The position numbers and the translations under genes were made by a program. From Octopus vulgaris (lineage: Eukaryota): 64,000 nt of DNA. Of the stretch, positions 41,707-56,717 are shown in pieces. Each line of letters starts with the position of its first letter. Within the stretch, counting starts at the first letter, position 1. The notes below the pieces were generated by a model. That model was not told the DNA's origin. It did no database searches and saw only the letters and a program-made list of their open reading frames with translations. The stretch covers positions 33,170,001-33,234,000 of the forward strand of contig OX597830.1 in NCBI GenBank assembly GCA_951406725.2, in the 5' to 3' direction.

Positions 41707-42084
41707 TGTATGTATGTATGTATGTATGTATGTATGTATGTATGTATGTATGTATGTATGTATATGGGGCACAAAAATCTTTCAAGTGCTTAGGGCCTCT
41801 ATGGGTCTTAATACAGCCCTGAGTGGAAGGGGCTGAGACACCTACTGAGCTGTGTTTCACTGCCTGATGGAACATCAAGATTGACTCTGGCATTCAGAGA
41901 TGGACACAGCAGCAAGCTCAACCCACTCAGCTCAGATAAAATGTTACTCCTTTAATCTTAAGCATCTTTTATATTTTACTTGGTTCGCTCAGTGGACTAT
42001 GGCCATGCTTGTGCATTGCCTTTGAAGATTTAGACAAACAAACCAACCCCAGTACTTACCACCACCACCAGCATCATCATCATC

Positions 42085-42527
<443 letters not shown>

Positions 42528-43384
42528 TATACACACAACAGATTAGACTGCTGGAAAAGAAAAGTTCCTAACATCGGCCTACAACAAGTAACCTTAGATG
42601 CTAAGAATCCTCCTAAGTATCCTAGCTGTCCCTAATAACACTCTTTTCTGGAGCTTTACTAAACTGGGTTTTATGCTCATTTTCTTAATCCATCTGTTCA
42701 GATCTTTAGGGATAGTTCCCAATGCACCTATAACTACAGGGATACATTTTACTACAGGGATACATTTTACCTGCACTTTCCATAGTCCCTGTAATTCAAT
42801 GGCTAGGTACTGGTACTTTGCTATTTTTTTCTATATCTCTCCTATTGATTTTTTCATCATTTGGCTCTGTAAAGTCAATTATCTGGCACTTTCTATTCTC
42901 TTTATCTACCACTACTAAATATAGCTTATATTACTCAGTCTGAATGTTGAAGTCCTACATCTTATATTTCTTACTTTCTAGTACTTTACTAGGTTCATGT
43001 TCATACCATATATCAGTAAGGTCAAATCCTAGCTTTTTACATAACGCCCAGTGGATTACTCTCCTTTGATTGTCATGTTTTTTCTTGTATTCTTTCTGTG
43101 CCAGCCTGCTGCATTCACTTACTATATGAGTAACACTTTCCTCTTTTGATTTACACAACCTATATTGGGAATCTACTTGGTTTTTGTCTATCTTGGTTTG
43201 TATCCAATTTTTCCTTAATCTTAATCTTTTATCCAGTTAGTCCTTAAACTTGATCTTGTGCTGCTACTAACAAACTTTCTGTCTTCCTTTTCAGCCTTCC
43301 TTTCTGCAACCATAACCATATCTCACTACTATTATTTGCTGCAACTATCTTTGGGGATTTACCATGCAAAGCTTTCTCCTGTTT
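42528..43384 (-). mobile_element. R4/Dong-like LINE fragment (post-RT, CCHC, REL)
   Basis: LHGK..WLWLQKGRLKRKTESLLVAAQDQ, LCKSKEESVTHIVSECSRLAQKEYKKKHD, WYEHEPSKVLE, VVIGALGTIP..LLGTARILRRILSI*; 3' end runs into (AAT)n. Confidence 0.92.
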
Positions 43385-43433
43385 TTGATTGATTGATTCT
43401 AGTTTCAGCTTATGAGCTGTGGCCATGCTGGGG
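43385..43433 (-). mobile_element. Very short retroposon 3' end (hairpin and (AATC)n tail)
   Basis: CCCCAGCATGGCCACAGCTCATAAGCTGAAACTAG(AATC)n; sister copy at 56590-56640. Confidence 0.7.
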
Positions 43434-43851
43434 TGAGTCAGATAACTTTATAACTTTTGTTCTTTTTCCTGTGTGTTTTTTTCACTTTGTCAAAAAGTAA
43501 ATTCTGTAAAGACAGACCCAACCTTTAATGTCACAAATAACAAAACCAAAACAAGAACGATGGGTAGAGAACCATGAATACAATGAAATGGTTGATTTAT
43601 GATTTATACACACTACTACACACCACTCCTCCAAAAACATACAGGAATAAACACATACAGTAAATACTCAATAAAATGAAGGAATGATCACAGAAAAATA
43701 GCAAACATGGACATGTGATAACAAGCTGCTGGGAAGATAGATCAAATCTGAAACCATTATGAAACAGGAATTAAGAATCCACAAAAACAATGAAAGAAAT
43801 CTGTTTTAATGTAAGCCATCTCAGGAAACTGAAACAATTTTCTTATATGAA

Positions 43852-43911
<60 letters not shown>

Positions 43912-44184
43912 GCTTCTATTATTATTATTATTATTATTATTATTATCATTATTATTTTCTGATTGATTTACATTTCATTTCATTTTCTAACCTGGTCTCA
44001 ACCAGAGACCTAAAGCACATATATATTAGATGGCGAGAAACTTCCTGAGAATGTGGGCAGTTGATGTCTACATGATTTTTTGAGTCTCGTTGAATGTTGG
44101 TTATTATTACCTCATGCCTTAGTGAAAGCAGGGGTATTGTTTACATTCGTGTATGTGTATATGTATGTATGTGTGTGGTGGAAG

Positions 44185-44360
44185 TGTGGAAGCACTCCGT
44201 CGGTAACGACAATGAGGGTTCCGGTTGATCCGAATCAACGGAACAGCCTGCTCATGAAATTAACGTGTAAGTGGCTGAGCACTCCACAGACACGTGCACC
44301 CTTAACGTAGTTCTCGGGGATATTCAGCGTGACACAGGGAGTGACAAGGCCGGCCCCTTG
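44185..44360 (-). mobile_element. SINE family C 3' part
   Basis: Reverse complement of about 38510-38680. Confidence 0.8.
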
Positions 44361-46169
44361 TATGTGTGTATGTATGCATGCACTCATGCATGTATGTATG
44401 TATGTATGTATGTATGTATGTATGCATGTGCAGATTTGTATGTTTTATGTATGTATTCTCATGCATATAGTTACATATCTAGACATACTTATATCACCCA
44501 TTATCATTACTCCAAGGTCTTATTTGACCCAGAATGGCACTACCTGTCTGGGTCTCATTGATCGGTTAGATAAATTTTGCCGGGTTAGAGAAGGCTCCCA
44601 ATATTTTTGACAAAACCATGGTGAAGCAGATCTTCAAAGAGAAGGATACCCTTACATAAAAAAGACTTGCTGCCAAAATAGTTTACCCGTCATCTTGAAA
44701 ATTCTTGTCACTGCAACCTACTATGGTGACCAAGAGAGAGAGAGAGAGAGACAAGTGTTGCACAAGCTTTTATCAATTGAACCCAAGGAAGCACCAATGT
44801 CTCACTGTCTGTGAGATGGCTATTATCTGACTAAATGAAGCTATCATTATACATGCGTGTATGTATGAATGTATATATGTATTAATGTATACATGTATGT
44901 ACAGGAAGTAATATATTAAAGAATTCACTATGCTGCCTGTTTAGCATATTATCAATCAATGCCTTCACTTCCTCCATCAGAATCTGAAGTGGACTGAACT
45001 AGAAGTGCAGTCATGGTCAGGCTTGTAAGATCTATTGAATATTATCAGCATATAGGCATATCTATAATGCAGTGTACTTAACCATTGGGTACAATTCATT
45101 ACACATTATAATGCATCATGCTAGACTCATTGTTTGACTTTCTTCTCTACACAGAGCCAAAACAGCCATAAAATCTTTACCACAATAATTTTATGTATTT
45201 ATTTGAATTTTCAGAAACAAGCAATTCGTATGATGACATGGAAAAATTGACCTGAGAATGCTTTAAAAATAATTGTGAACAGAACAGAAATAAATACCCA
45301 CCACCATCACTCCACCACTACTTCAACCACAGCAAAAAGAAAAAAAAAAAAAAAGAGAGAGAACAATAAAATTATGTAATTCAAGATTAGACACAAAGAT
45401 GAGATAGATATAAAATGTAGTTATAAAATTGCTCATATTTACTGATCTATGCATAAACATCAAAACCCACAATTGAGTTATCAATGTGCTTGGATGCATT
45501 ACACCAAATTTAGAAAATTCCTGACCAAACATAACGGTGACTAGTCATAAATAAAATTGACCAATCGAAGCACTGACATAGCGTTCAGATTTGCGAAATG
45601 GTTGGCAAGCCCAATGCCTTGTTTACAGCATACACTTTGACAACAAATGATATTTAATACATCCCTAGATGACTATAATAGAAATCCCTAAAAAATTTAA
45701 GAGGTTTTCTTATATTTCTTCCCCCTTCCCACTCTTTCTCTTTCACTTCCTCTCTCTCTCTCTGTCTCTCTCTATCTCTGTATATACCTTGTTCCTTTTC
45801 TTTCTCTTCCTTTATTTTCTCTTTTTTGTTTTGTTGAGGTCTCATATTTCAGAGCATTGAAAAATAGAAATATTTGGTAAATGTGGTATTTAAGCTCATC
45901 TTACATTTACAGTGACATTGGCATATATTCATGAACACACACATAACGGCAAATAAACGTACACATTGCGATAATATAATCTGTGTGCGTAGATATATAT
46001 ATATATGTGTGTATGTATGTGGACATTGTATGTACAATTTATGCATACAGAGGTAGTATAAAAATATCACAAATGTATACAAACATATTTTAGTTTGTGC
46101 ATGTACAATGTAAACATATAAATACACACACTCACATACACACATACGTACATACATACGTACATACAT

Positions 46170-46231
<62 letters not shown>

Positions 46232-47518
46232 TCACACATATATACATATATATGTGTGTGCGTATATACACATATATATATGTGTGTATATATATATATA
46301 TATATGGAAGTATAGAGATATAACACAGGTCACAGATATAAAACTTTTTATTTGGACATGCATATGATAATATGAGTGTACAGTTTCTAAACACATATAC
46401 ACTTACTTCCACAATCTCTCACACATTAATTCAATCTCTCTCATTCTCTCTCTCTCTCTCTCTCTTTCTTTCGTTCTAATTCTTTCTTTCTACCTCTCTT
46501 TCACTCTCTCGCTTTCCACCTCTCTCTCGTCATATATGTGTTAATGTGATAGTAAAACCATCAAAATGCTGATGCATGCGTGCTGTTGACATGGTAGCTA
46601 AATATTGACACTGGTGAGGATTATGCAATAAAAATTGAAAATTATAAAAAATATAATGAACAAAAATGAAGCAAAAAAAGACTAAAAAAAAACAAGTATA
46701 TACCATACAATTTAGCTAAACTAGATGAAATTTCCAAACAAATGTGGTATACATACACATAACATATAATCATACAGACACACATACTCACACTTGCGCA
46801 TTTGCACACACACACACATACACTTGCACACACACACACACATATACCCACACACACACACACAAAGCAACAACAAAAATTAGAATTAAAATAGCAACAA
46901 AATATAAAATAACATAGTTCTGTGCTGAAAAAAAACAGAAAAAAAAATGTTCAATTTTAATAGATTTTTTTTCCTCTCCTTTTATTTTCTATAGAAATAT
47001 GAAAAAAGAGTAGAAAAATATGTGTATGTATATAAATGTCCATGTGTGTATGCATATATGGACGTTTCTTAATATGTATACATGTATGTAGACTTTCATG
47101 AATGCATATTCATGTATGTGTGTATGTAAGCTTGAATGTTTGCATGTACGTATGTAAATATGTATGTTTGTACGTATGTAAATATGTATGTTTTTGTGTA
47201 TGTGTATGTGTTTGTCTAATCATAAATATGTATATGTAAATATGGGTGTGCATAAAATGCATTAACCCAACATTTTGATGTATAGAGGGGAAACAAAATG
47301 AAGTTTTCTGTTACTGAAGTAAAATTTTTCTCTTTTTTTTCTTTCCTTCATTTTTGCTTGCTTTTTTTGTTTATTTATAAATTTATTTTCACTATTAGGT
47401 GGTGGGGGGAGTCCACCATATTTTTGAGTGTTCCGCAGTGAAGAATTTATTAATTTGTCAAAAACGAAGGAAAAAATTTACATGAAATATAGGGGTAAGG
47501 GAAAAATTATATATATAC

Positions 47519-47581
<63 letters not shown>

Positions 47582-48093
47582 AAAGGAAATAAAGAAAAGA
47601 TTTTTCCAGACTTCAAAAAAGGCTGTGGCAGCAAAATATATTTACAAAAGAGGAGAGAAGAATATTTATTTAGAGGTGGGGTGGGGTGTTAGAAAAATCT
47701 ATCAACTAAAATGTCTTTTAGAATTGATTAGTTCAGCGATGATATAATGATTGGTTGGAAGACGGTGATAGCTTTAGTTGCAGCAAAACAAAAACAACAA
47801 CAGTAGCAGTGGCAGCAGCAGCAGCAGCAGCAGTGAAAGTATCTGTGAGAGTAAGTTGATAAGAAATAAGATGATACAGAATTTTAGAGAAAGAACAAAT
47901 TAAAAACAAACATATAATACCTATATAACATACACACACATACACACACACACACACATGTACACACAGGCATCACATACATACACACATGACACATAGG
48001 CACAACATATAAAAGAACATAAAAATTATTATAATGAAAAATATCTTTTCCAGAGTGTGCAAAAATAAAACTGAGGAAAATGAAGTTGATGGG

Positions 48094-48135
48094 TGATAAG
48101 GGGCGGGTGAGAAATTTCCCCTAACTTCCTGGGAA
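48094..48135. promoter_or_regulatory. Candidate compact enhancer: GATA, GC-box, kB-like and STAT-like sites
   Basis: TGATAA-GGGGCGGG-TGA-GAAATTTCCCC-TAAC-TTCCTGGGAA within 42 bp. Confidence 0.3.
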
Positions 48136-48365
48136 TAAATAAAAAAAGTACTTCTCAAGATTGGATGAGAAGAAGCTTATTCTTTGAGAAAATCATGATG
48201 GATCTATGAAGTTTAAAAACTTGAAAACCCACAATGGGATTAGAAGAATTGGTGTATAACTAAATTTCTGTTGTGCCTTTTATATTTCTATGTGTTTGTG
48301 TGTATTTATATGTGCGTTATCAAGTACCATATGTGTGTGCTTGTATATATGTATATATGTATGCG

Positions 48366-48401
<36 letters not shown>

Positions 48402-48428
48402 AAATGTACAGTATTATATATCCATATA

Positions 48429-48475
<47 letters not shown>

Positions 48476-48688
48476 TCCTATTTTTGATTCTTTAGATTCA
48501 TATTAATAATGATTTTTTTGCATATATAATTTAAATACACATACTACTGCTTTTTATACACACTCTCACACACATACATGCAAACATATATACACACACT
48601 CACACACACACATATATACATACATACACACACACACATATATCTCTCCCTCTCACCCTTCCTTATTTTTTCTCTCACTCTCAATATT

Positions 48689-48757
<69 letters not shown>

Positions 48758-48834
48758 TGTTTTTAATAGTTATTTCTCTATGCTTGCATGGTTGAAACAG
48801 AATGTGCTGAGGCAGATTTTTCTACAGCTGGATG

Positions 48835-49080
48835 CCTCTTGTTGCTTCAAATCAATAACACCGTTATTGCAGTAGTTATCATAGTAGTTATCATAGTAGT
48901 AGTAGTAGTAGTAGTAGTAGTAATAGTAGTAGTAGTAGTAGTAGAAGTAGTAGTAGCAACACCTTCATGCATATATAACATTACCTCTTGTTGCTTCAAA
49001 TCAATAACACCGTTATTGCAGTAGTTATCATAGTAGTAGTAGTAGTAGTAGTAATAGTAGTACCAGCAGCAGTAGTGGTG

Positions 49081-49135
<55 letters not shown>

Positions 49136-49231
49136 CAGAGCAGCTGCGGTGGCAGTGGTGGCACTGATGGTGGTGGCATTAGCAGCAGCAGCAGCAGCAG
49201 CAACAGTAGTAGTAGTAGTAGTAGTAGTAGT

Positions 49232-49311
<80 letters not shown>

Positions 49312-49350
49312 CAGCAGCAGCAGCAGCAGCAGCTGCAGCAACTATGGTAG
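48835..49350. repeat. (TAG)n/(CAG)n region with a ~149-bp-period local duplication
   Basis: CCTCTTGTTGCTTCAAATCAATAACACCGTTATTGCAGTAGTTATCATAG occurs near 48835 and 48984. Confidence 0.9.
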
Positions 49351-49592
49351 TAGTTGTAAATTGTTTTGTTGCTTAAAGACCAGGTGTTTGAAAATGTCAA
49401 TGGATTCTATAAATTCTATAAGCCATGTTTGTAGGAACGATGGTCAGAAGCAGAGTTGATCCTCCATCTTATTTCAGATCAGAACGACAATGGATGTCAG
49501 GTGATTTGTCTGCCGATTTGCAGATTCTGCAATATAATTACCTTAATAATTAGAATAGCAAATTAATTTGATAAATTCACATCTATGTACTA

Positions 49593-49818
49593 TTCTTTTA
49601 TTCTTTTATTCTTTCACTTGTTTCCGACATTTGACTGTGGCCATGCTGGAGCACCGCTTTTGGTCGAACGAACAGTCTCCAGGACTTATTCTTTGTAAGC
49701 CTAGTACTTATTCTTTTGTTCTCTTTTGCCAAATTGCTAAGTTATGAGGATGTAAACACACCGACATTGGTTGTCAAGCGATGGTGCTGGGAACTAACAA
49801 ACACACACAAACACACAC

Positions 49819-49851
<33 letters not shown>

Positions 49852-50010
49852 CATGACGGGCTTCATTCAGTTTCCATCTACCAAATCCACTCACAAGGTT
49901 TTGGTTGGCTTGAGTTTATAGTAGAAAACACTTGCCCAAGTTACCATAGAGTGGGACTGAACCTGGAACTATGTGGTTGGGAAGAAAGCTTCTTACCACA
50001 CCTGCAACTA
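49593..50010 (-). mobile_element. SINE family A, full length
   Basis: Collinear reverse complement of family A. Confidence 0.9.
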
Positions 50011-50086
50011 TCTACATACAATTTGGACATTTGTATGTAAAAACCAAAACATACAAATACAATTTCTTTCCTGAAACATTATGTCT

Positions 50087-50281
50087 CTCTTTTCTCTTTT
50101 ACTTGTTTCAGTCATTTTGACTGCGGCCATGCTGGAGCACCGCCTTTAGTCAAGCAAATCGACCCCGGGACTTATTCTTTGTAAACCCAGTACTTATTCT
50201 ATCGGTCTCTTTTGCCGAACCACTAAGTGACGGGGACGTGAACACACCAGCATCGGTTGTCAAGCAATGCTAGGGGGACAA

Positions 50282-50332
<51 letters not shown>

Positions 50333-50499
50333 CATATATACGACAGGCTTCTTTCAGTTTCCGTCTACCAAATCCACTCACAAGGCATTGATCGGCCCGG
50401 GGCTATAGCAGAAAACACTTGCCCAAGATGCCATGCAGTGGGACTGAACCTGGAACCATGTGGTTGGTTAACAAGCTACTTACCACACAGCCACTCCTG
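50087..50499 (-). mobile_element. SINE family A, full length, young
   Basis: Near match to the reverse complement of 61254-61684. Confidence 0.93.
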
Positions 50500-50659
50500 T
50501 ATTATTGTATATCATGGTATTGACCAGGACACCTGATGTTGTTCTACAACTCTGGTCACAATTCACTTCACACTGTTTTAGCTTTCAAATGATGCCACCC
50601 TACTGGCTATGCAGGCAGGACAGTGTTCCTCTGGTCAAAAGATTATTCTATTGCTGTGT

Positions 50660-50775
50660 TACCTATTCACAGTTGAGTCAACAGGAACAATGTAAAATGA
50701 AGTGTTTTGCTCAAGAATTGAACCCAAGAACTAGCAATCATGAGTGGAACACCCTAACCTCTAGGCCATGTGCTT
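50660..50775 (-). mobile_element. Old family C-like SINE head (similar remnant at about 59540-59700)
   Basis: AATGAAGTGTTTTGCTCAAG..TCATGAGTGGAACACCCTAACCTCTAGGCCA. Confidence 0.55.
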
Positions 50776-50806
50776 TCATGTGATTGTATATAGATTATAT
50801 AACTTA

Positions 50807-50948
50807 GACACAGGAGTGGCTGTGTGGTAAGTAGCTTGATTACCAGCCACATGGTTCTGGGTTCAGTCCCACTGTATGGCACCTTGGGAAAGTGTCTTCT
50901 ATTATAGCCTTGAGCTGCCCAAAGCCTTGTGAGTGGATTTGGTAGACG
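50807..50948 (+). mobile_element. SINE family A, 5' half
   Basis: GACACAGGAGTGGCTGTGTGGTAAG..GAGTGGATTTGGTAGACGG. Confidence 0.88.
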
Positions 50949-51237
50949 GTGTGTATTTGCGCACGTGTGTGTGGGTGCCTGTGTATCTGGAGGGGGTGTC
51001 ACTAGAGAAGGGAAGAAAGAAGAAACAGAGGAAGAAGAAATAATTGTGTTGACATTTATACTACGCTTCAGTTCTTTCAATCCACTGTTTGATTCCTGTG
51101 CTGATATGGGTTGGAGAATCTGGTTTAAATGTATATATTTATACATACATACATACATATATATATACATATATATAGTGATGCATATATGCCATAATAT
51201 GGCTAACCCATATTATAACTGCTCTGAGATTTATCAT

Positions 51238-51351
<114 letters not shown>

Positions 51352-51789
51352 TGTATGTATGTATGTATGTATGTATGTATGTATGTATGTATAATTGAAA
51401 AGGTTGGAGTCAACAAGAAGGAGTACAGCTGGACATTTATTTGCAATCACTACAACTGTTTCTATGAAACGTAGTTCTCCGTGCTTGCAGGTAATTGGTT
51501 ATGCAACCATTTCCCTGCATTATGAGATCTAGTTGTGCTTCCTGGAATTACCTACAATACTACTGCTAGATAGCACAGGGTGAAATCCGAAGGCAGACGA
51601 GGTTAATACTGTACTCTAGAACGTTCTTAACAGAATGTATCATAGCTATAGCTATATATATATATATGTATGTATATATAAGAGATAATGGTGTCATCGA
51701 GACCCAAAGGTGTCAGGTAATGCTGAATAAGTGCTATAGACAGACCATAGATAAGTTCCAGATTTGGTAATATTGCGAATAGAGAGTTC

Positions 51790-51841
51790 GTCTCCGATGA
51801 AGGGATATTATTAATTAATATCCTAGAAACAGCTGTAAGAC
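51790..51841 (+). ncRNA. Minimal type I hammerhead ribozyme motif (family H2) inside a ~220-bp insert between (TA)n runs
   Basis: GTCT-CCGATGA-A-GGGATATTA-TTAAT-TAATATCCT-A-GAAAC-AGCT-GTA-AGAC; palindrome ACAGCTGT in stem III; predicted GUA cleavage after 51837. Confidence 0.75.
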
Positions 51842-51913
51842 CTATCTATAAATGCTCTACCTATACAGCCTTGGTTTTTTATCTCATTACGCAAAAAATT
51901 CTGTATGTATATA

Positions 51914-52022
<109 letters not shown>

Positions 52023-52177
52023 GTGTGTGTATATATATGTATGTATGTATGCATGTATCTATGTATTAGTATGTATATGTCTTTTGTAAAACCACTAGTT
52101 CATTAATGCATTGATCAGCATTACATACAGACGAATGTGGAGGTTTATAATCGTGTATTATATAGCCTTTGGTTAAA

Positions 52178-52211
<34 letters not shown>

Positions 52212-52574
52212 TGCAAGTTTATGTTTATAACTAATAAACAGAATTCAGAATTCATAATGGATAAATAGAGCAGACAGAAATAGAAAAGGAGTTAGTTAGA
52301 TAGCTAAACTAAGAGAGAGAGAGAGAGAGAGAAGTTGACAGGCGCACAGAGATAATCACAGACAACGAAGAGCATTGCTAAATGAGTCTAATCAAAGAAA
52401 CGTAAATTTCACCAATTTTAGATAGGTCAATATTTTCTATCGTGACCTCTGTAGCCTCAAGGTCTATGACTAACATGTTATTTTATTAAAAATGACCCGA
52501 CTTAGTCATCTTATGAAGGGGAAATTGGTGAATGCCCTGTTATTTTCTTTCATTTTCTCGAGAAATGTTTACTC

Positions 52575-53683
52575 ACCACCACCACCTCCACCACCGTCAC
52601 AACAACAACAACAACAGCAACATCATCAATATCAGAATTTTTACTATAATCGTTTTTGTCATCATCATCATCGTCATCATCATCATCAGTGCCATCATTA
52701 TCTTTGTCATTGTTGCTGTGGTCGTTGTCGTGGTCAATGTTTACCAACACTGCTATTATCAAACCACAGTGATTATGTTGATCATTGTACCCACCATCAC
52801 CATCATTATATCATCATCGTCGTCATCGTCATCACCACTGTCGACATCGTCATTGTCATTGTCATTGATGTTGTCATCGTAGTCTGCTGCCGCCGTCACT
52901 ATCATTATCATCATCATCATCATTGTCATCATCATCATCATCATCATCACTGCTATCACCTTCACCGTCTTAGTCATCATCATCATCACAACTATCATCA
53001 TCATCATCATCGTCATCATCAGCATCATCATCATCATCACAATCATCACCATCATCACCATCATCACTACCATGACAATTGCCATCATCATTAGCATCAT
53101 CACTGTCATTGACATGATCACTATATCATCATCGTCCTCCTCCTCCTCATCATCATCATCAACATCATCATTGTCACCACTACCATCATCATCACCATTA
53201 TTATCCTCATCATCATCATCATCAACACCATCCTCATCATCATCATCATCATCACTGTCATCGCCATCATCACCATCATCAACATTGTCATCATCAGCAA
53301 CAACAACAATGCCAATGTAGTAAGTTTGGTGGTGGTGGTGGCAAGTCGCATTACTATCATTAACTTAATCACCAATTGATTTTTTCCACTCAAATATTTC
53401 TTCAGTCACCAAGTTTATTCCTTTTAATTACGTTTGAAAAATTCTGCCGACCCTTACCACTACTCCCCCCACCACACACACACACGTGCACACCATGCCA
53501 ACATGCATTACCTATCCTCGCCCCAACCAAGATGCTCCCAAAGTGTACCCCCCATCCTATCCCTGACCAAAGGAAAAAAAAAGCAAGAAATTGCAACGCC
53601 CCCTACCCTGCCGCCAAGGTTTTACCATTCCTATCATTGACTGTCTACCTTTGTGGAAACTATCACTACTAGTACTGCTGCTG

Positions 53684-53719
<36 letters not shown>

Positions 53720-54046
53720 ACTACTACTAATACTATCACAGCCACCACCACTACCACAATCACCATCACCATCACCACCACCACCACTACCACTACCACT
53801 ACCACCACCACTACTATTACTGCTACTACTACTGCTGCAGCTATTGATACTGTTGCTGTTGCTACCACCTACCACCACCACTTACCCCACAACCACCACC
53901 ACCACTTACCCCACAACCACCAACACCACTTACCCCACAACCACCAACACCACTACTACCACCACTACCACTCTTATTATTACTACCACCACCACCACTA
54001 CCACCACAACCACAACCACTACTACTACTACTACTACCACCACCAT

Positions 54047-54081
<35 letters not shown>

Positions 54082-54216
54082 TTACTACTACTGGTGCTGC
54101 TACTGCTACTGCTACTGCTGGTATTACTACTGCTACTGCCACCACCACCACCACTACCACCACCACCACCACCACCACCACCACCACTATTACTATTACC
54201 ACTGCTGCTGCTGCTG

Positions 54217-54258
<42 letters not shown>

Positions 54259-54275
54259 ACAACAACAACAACAGT
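52575..54275. repeat. Mixed (CAT)n/(CAC)n/(TAC)n low-complexity region with a 24-bp tandem x3 at about 53875-53950
   Basis: Direct reading; CACCACTTACCCCACAACCACCA(C/A) repeated three times. Confidence 0.9.
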
Positions 54276-54472
54276 CTTAACAGCTTAGTCCTAAGATAAT
54301 TTTCAGCAATTCTTAAAAAGTCTTTCAGCAGAATTTTCTTCGTTTGTTCTATTGTTTTTTATATTTGCTTAATTTTCCTTCTTTGTTATTCTAACTACTT
54401 TTGTTTTTTTAATCTCTTGTTTTTTATTCATCTATTCATCATCATTATTACATTTCATCATCATCATCATCA

Positions 54473-54528
<56 letters not shown>

Positions 54529-54859
54529 GCATTTCATTAGTATTATTATTTTTTTTTTTTTGGCATTTTCTTTCCTCATTTACTTTTCATTAAATTTCGT
54601 TTAATTTCATTTCATAGCATTATTATCAACACAATAATTATTCATAATTATTATAAATGAAGCAGTTCTTTTTGTTGTTTTCATTCATTGATATTTCAAT
54701 GTTTTTATTATTATTTTTTTTTTGTTTTAGTTCATTATTATTTAGGTGTTCGTTATATTTTCCATTTCATTTATTATCATTATCACTATCATCATCATCA
54801 TCTTCATCATTATCATTATCATTATTTTATTATAATTTTTATTATTATTATTATCATCA

Positions 54860-54921
<62 letters not shown>

Positions 54922-55400
54922 TGCTTTCCTTTCTTTTGTAAAGATGTAGCTAAGCAATTGAACATTCTCCCCAATGAGCCCTCAACTGATTGGTTTGACC
55001 TCATTAGAATATGATTTAAAACTGGATACAATTAGACAAGTATTAATTGCCACTTTTAATTTTTATTTTTATTTTCCACAATTTCTTTTATTTTTTTTGT
55101 ATTATTTTGTTTCCTTTTTACCTGCAAATAATCTTTATTTTTTTTTTTCTTTTATGGTTTCACAATTTTTTTTTTGCTCTGGTTTGTTCTTCTTCCTGTT
55201 CTATTGAAAAATTAAAGTCGTTGTTGGTGGTGGTGATAGTGGTAGTGGTGGTGGTGGTGGTGGTGGTGACAAGGGAAGAATCTATCATTGAAAAAATAAA
55301 TGAAATCAAAGCAACAGAACATAACAAAAAGAACAAAACAAAATTAATGAATGAAAGAAAATTTTTTCCTCCTATTTTGTTATAAAAGAAAGCAGTGTAA

Positions 55401-55431
<31 letters not shown>

Positions 55432-55565
55432 TGTGTACTTGTATATATGTATATTTATGTATATGTATGTATATATATACGTAAATATGTATAAGTATGT
55501 ATGAATATATATGTATATAGATGTGTATATATATGTATGTATATATATATGTGTATATATGTATT

Positions 55566-55608
<43 letters not shown>

Positions 55609-56589
55609 AGCAAATAGGCTGATAATAATAACAATATACAGCCCGCGCTGGCATGAAAAAACCCATTAAAACAATTAAAACAATAATAATGATAATAGGA
55701 ATGTTGATAATATTAATAATAATATTAATGAAGTTCTAATAATTGATGAAAAGGAATAAACATAGGCTAGGCTAAGCTTTGAAAAAAAACTGATAAATTA
55801 CGAGTATGAATGAACAGGAGGAATTAAGAGGATAGGAAAGAGAGAAAGAGAGGGAAGGATGGAGGAGAAAGAAAGGGGGAAGACATTAAAGACACCAACA
55901 ATTGTGTTGGTGGGAAGGTGGCTATTGTGAAGTACAATAGGCACATTGAACGCTATTTAATGGCTATGTATTTAATTAATTAATTTTGAATGATGAGAGA
56001 AATCAAAACTTTTATTCATTTAAAATAATATCTTCACATTCATTTAACAGCTGTTTTTCTATGCCTAAACATAGATAGGTCTCTGGACAGGGAAGGGAGT
56101 TATTTTGATGCAGGATTTCATGGCTAACTGCTCCTCTTGTCACTAATTCTTACCTGTTTTCAAATGAGGGATTTTGTATTGAAGAGTTCTTCAAAGTTCA
56201 GAGTGACCGTTCCTATGTAATGTCATCAGGTAACGTCAACATTGCATCTACTTTGTTCAACTGGTGACTGGTATGACATGCCAATATTCAGTCACATTCA
56301 CGGTTGTGCACATACCTACGTGTGTATGCATATTTTACACATACATAAATATATATTTATGTATCTTCTATCTTTTATTTGTTTCAGTCATTGGACTGCA
56401 TCCATGCTGGGGCAGCACCTTGCAGTGTTTAGTCAAATGAATTGACCCATGTACTTATTCATTTAAGCTGGGTATACATACATATACATACACACATGTA
56501 TATATGTATATATCTATATCTATCTATCTATCTATTTATATATATATCTATATATACATATATATAAATATATGTATATATATATATAT

Positions 56590-56640
56590 GGCGGTGCCCC
56601 AGCATGGCCACAGCTCATGAGCTGAAACTAAATCAATCAT
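56590..56640 (+). mobile_element. Very short retroposon 3' end
   Basis: GGCGGTGCCCCAGCATGGCCA-CAGCTC-AT-GAGCTG-AAACTAAATCAATC. Confidence 0.7.
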
Positions 56641-56664
56641 ACACATACTTATATGTACATATAT

Positions 56665-56717
56665 AATATCTGTGCCGATGAAGGCAAATAACCCAGAAAT
56701 CACGGAACACAGATATT
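56665..56717 (+). ncRNA. Decayed hammerhead motif with a perfect 10-bp stem I
   Basis: AATATCTGTG-CCGATGA-A-GG-CAAATAA-CCC-A-GAAA-TCACGGAA-CACAGATATT; stem III and cleavage triplet eroded. Confidence 0.55.

Noticed and set aside
51440-51492. Minus-strand HHR-like segment (TGCAAGCAC..GAAACAGTTGTA-GTGATTGCA)
   Set aside because: Stem I and the 3' half fit, but no CUGANGA core can be read; at most a dead relic, so it was not counted.
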